A model generated the notes under the pieces. That model was not told the origin of the DNA. It did no database searches and was given only the letters and a program-made list of their open reading frames with translations. A stretch of DNA of 64,000 nt from Patescibacteria group bacterium (lineage in GTDB: Bacteria > Patescibacteriota > Patescibacteriia > UBA2591 > UBA6264), in contig JAIPGN010000001.1 of NCBI GenBank assembly GCA_021735685.1, positions 202,678-266,677 on the forward strand. The letters are read 5' to 3'. A program made the translations under genes and the position numbers. Shown piece by piece: positions 63,369 through 64,000 of this stretch (positions are counted from its first letter, which is position 1; each line of letters begins with the position of its first letter).

Positions 63369-64000
63369 ATGAAAAAAGTAATCAAGAAATTTTTAATTAT
63401 CATTCTTTCCATTATTGCTCTAGGAAGTTTTTATTTGTATTTTACGATTTTGGCCTGGCAAGGATTATCAGCTCAGGAAAAATTGGGAGTAATAGAATAT
63501 GCTTATGAAGAATGTCGTGCTCAGGGAGGGCAGAATTGTGAGCAAAAAATAGCTGAGCAAATTGAAGATTATATTGATACACAGAAAATTGAATTCATTG
63601 ATATTATTCAAGATAAACAAATGCCTGGCGAAAATAGGATTTTAGCTCTAAGCATGTTTTTTAATTTTTGTCGCGGCAATGAAATTCTCCCGATTTCGCC
63701 AGAGACTGATTTTTATTACGCCCTAGCTATTGATCAAGGTAATCCTTTTGATTTACGACAACTTGCTTTTTCTTATTTTTTAGAAGGTCAGTTGGGTGAC
63801 GCAGAAACAGAAAATTTACAAGAATTGATAATTGGTGATCAGGAAGCTCACCCTGACTTTCAGGAAATGGTTGTTAAAAATTTGAACGAAGAGGGAATGG
63901 ATAAAAATAAAGAAAAGTTGTTAGAAAATTTAAAGAATCCAGATTCAGAAGTTCGTTTTGAAATAGCTGAATTTTTAGGTCAAGAGGCTGATCAGAAATG
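63369..64000 (+). CDS. Membrane-anchored protein with a HEAT-like repeat (3' end outside the window)
   Basis: ATG at 63369, MKKVIKKFLIIILSIIALGSF signal/anchor; near the edge LLENLKNPDSEVRFEIAEFLG; no stop seen. Confidence 0.7.
   Translation, partial: MKKVIKKFLIIILSIIALGSFYLYFTILAWQGLSAQEKLGVIEYAYEECRAQGGQNCEQKIAEQIEDYIDTQKIEFIDIIQDKQMPGENRILALSMFFNFCRGNEILPISPETDFYYALAIDQGNPFDLRQLAFSYFLEGQLGDAETENLQELIIGDQEAHPDFQEMVVKNLNEEGMDKNKEKLLENLKNPDSEVRFEIAEFLGQEADQK

Noticed and set aside
1-64000. Alternative genetic code (TGA read-through)
   Set aside because: Core genes are full length under code 11, and TGA serves as a normal stop (for example at 5758, 14057 and 21564).

Overview
AT-rich bacterial chromosome segment. 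It is most consistent with a Patescibacteria/CPR (Parcubacteria-like) genome; this is an inference from gene content, a DUF5663-like gene, the SecA insertion and the near absence of Shine-Dalgarno motifs. From left to right it holds: ftsK, an HTH/RodZ-like gene and recA; a ~22 kb minus-strand Wzx/Wzy surface-polysaccharide locus (4.1-24.7 kb) interrupted by small toxin-antitoxin-like, GIY-YIG and nuclease-like modules; an MNT-HEPN pair inside 111-bp direct repeats; and a housekeeping block (ileS, eno, two tandem gpmI, hpf, secA, secD with a parvulin insert, secF, murJ, lepA, two CAT tRNAs, rarA, Doc/Fic TA, cdd, tatD, UvrD-nuclease fusion). The window ends with a large acidic LysM-like protein, a RAYT-like Y1 transposase and a methyltransferase. 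The most striking unexplained signals are non-coding. (1) Five copies of a unit built as DnaA box, sigma70 promoter with fixed spacing, a 40-72 nt structured RNA with UUCG-type loops ending in CCA, and a T-rich tail; one copy converges on a putative RNase gene and two bracket the MNT-HEPN module. (2) Several families of REP-like palindromes that form fixed-spacing doublets, bracket cargo genes, and sit in frame inside proteins, including the transposase itself. All calls come from reading the sequence only; no database searches were run.
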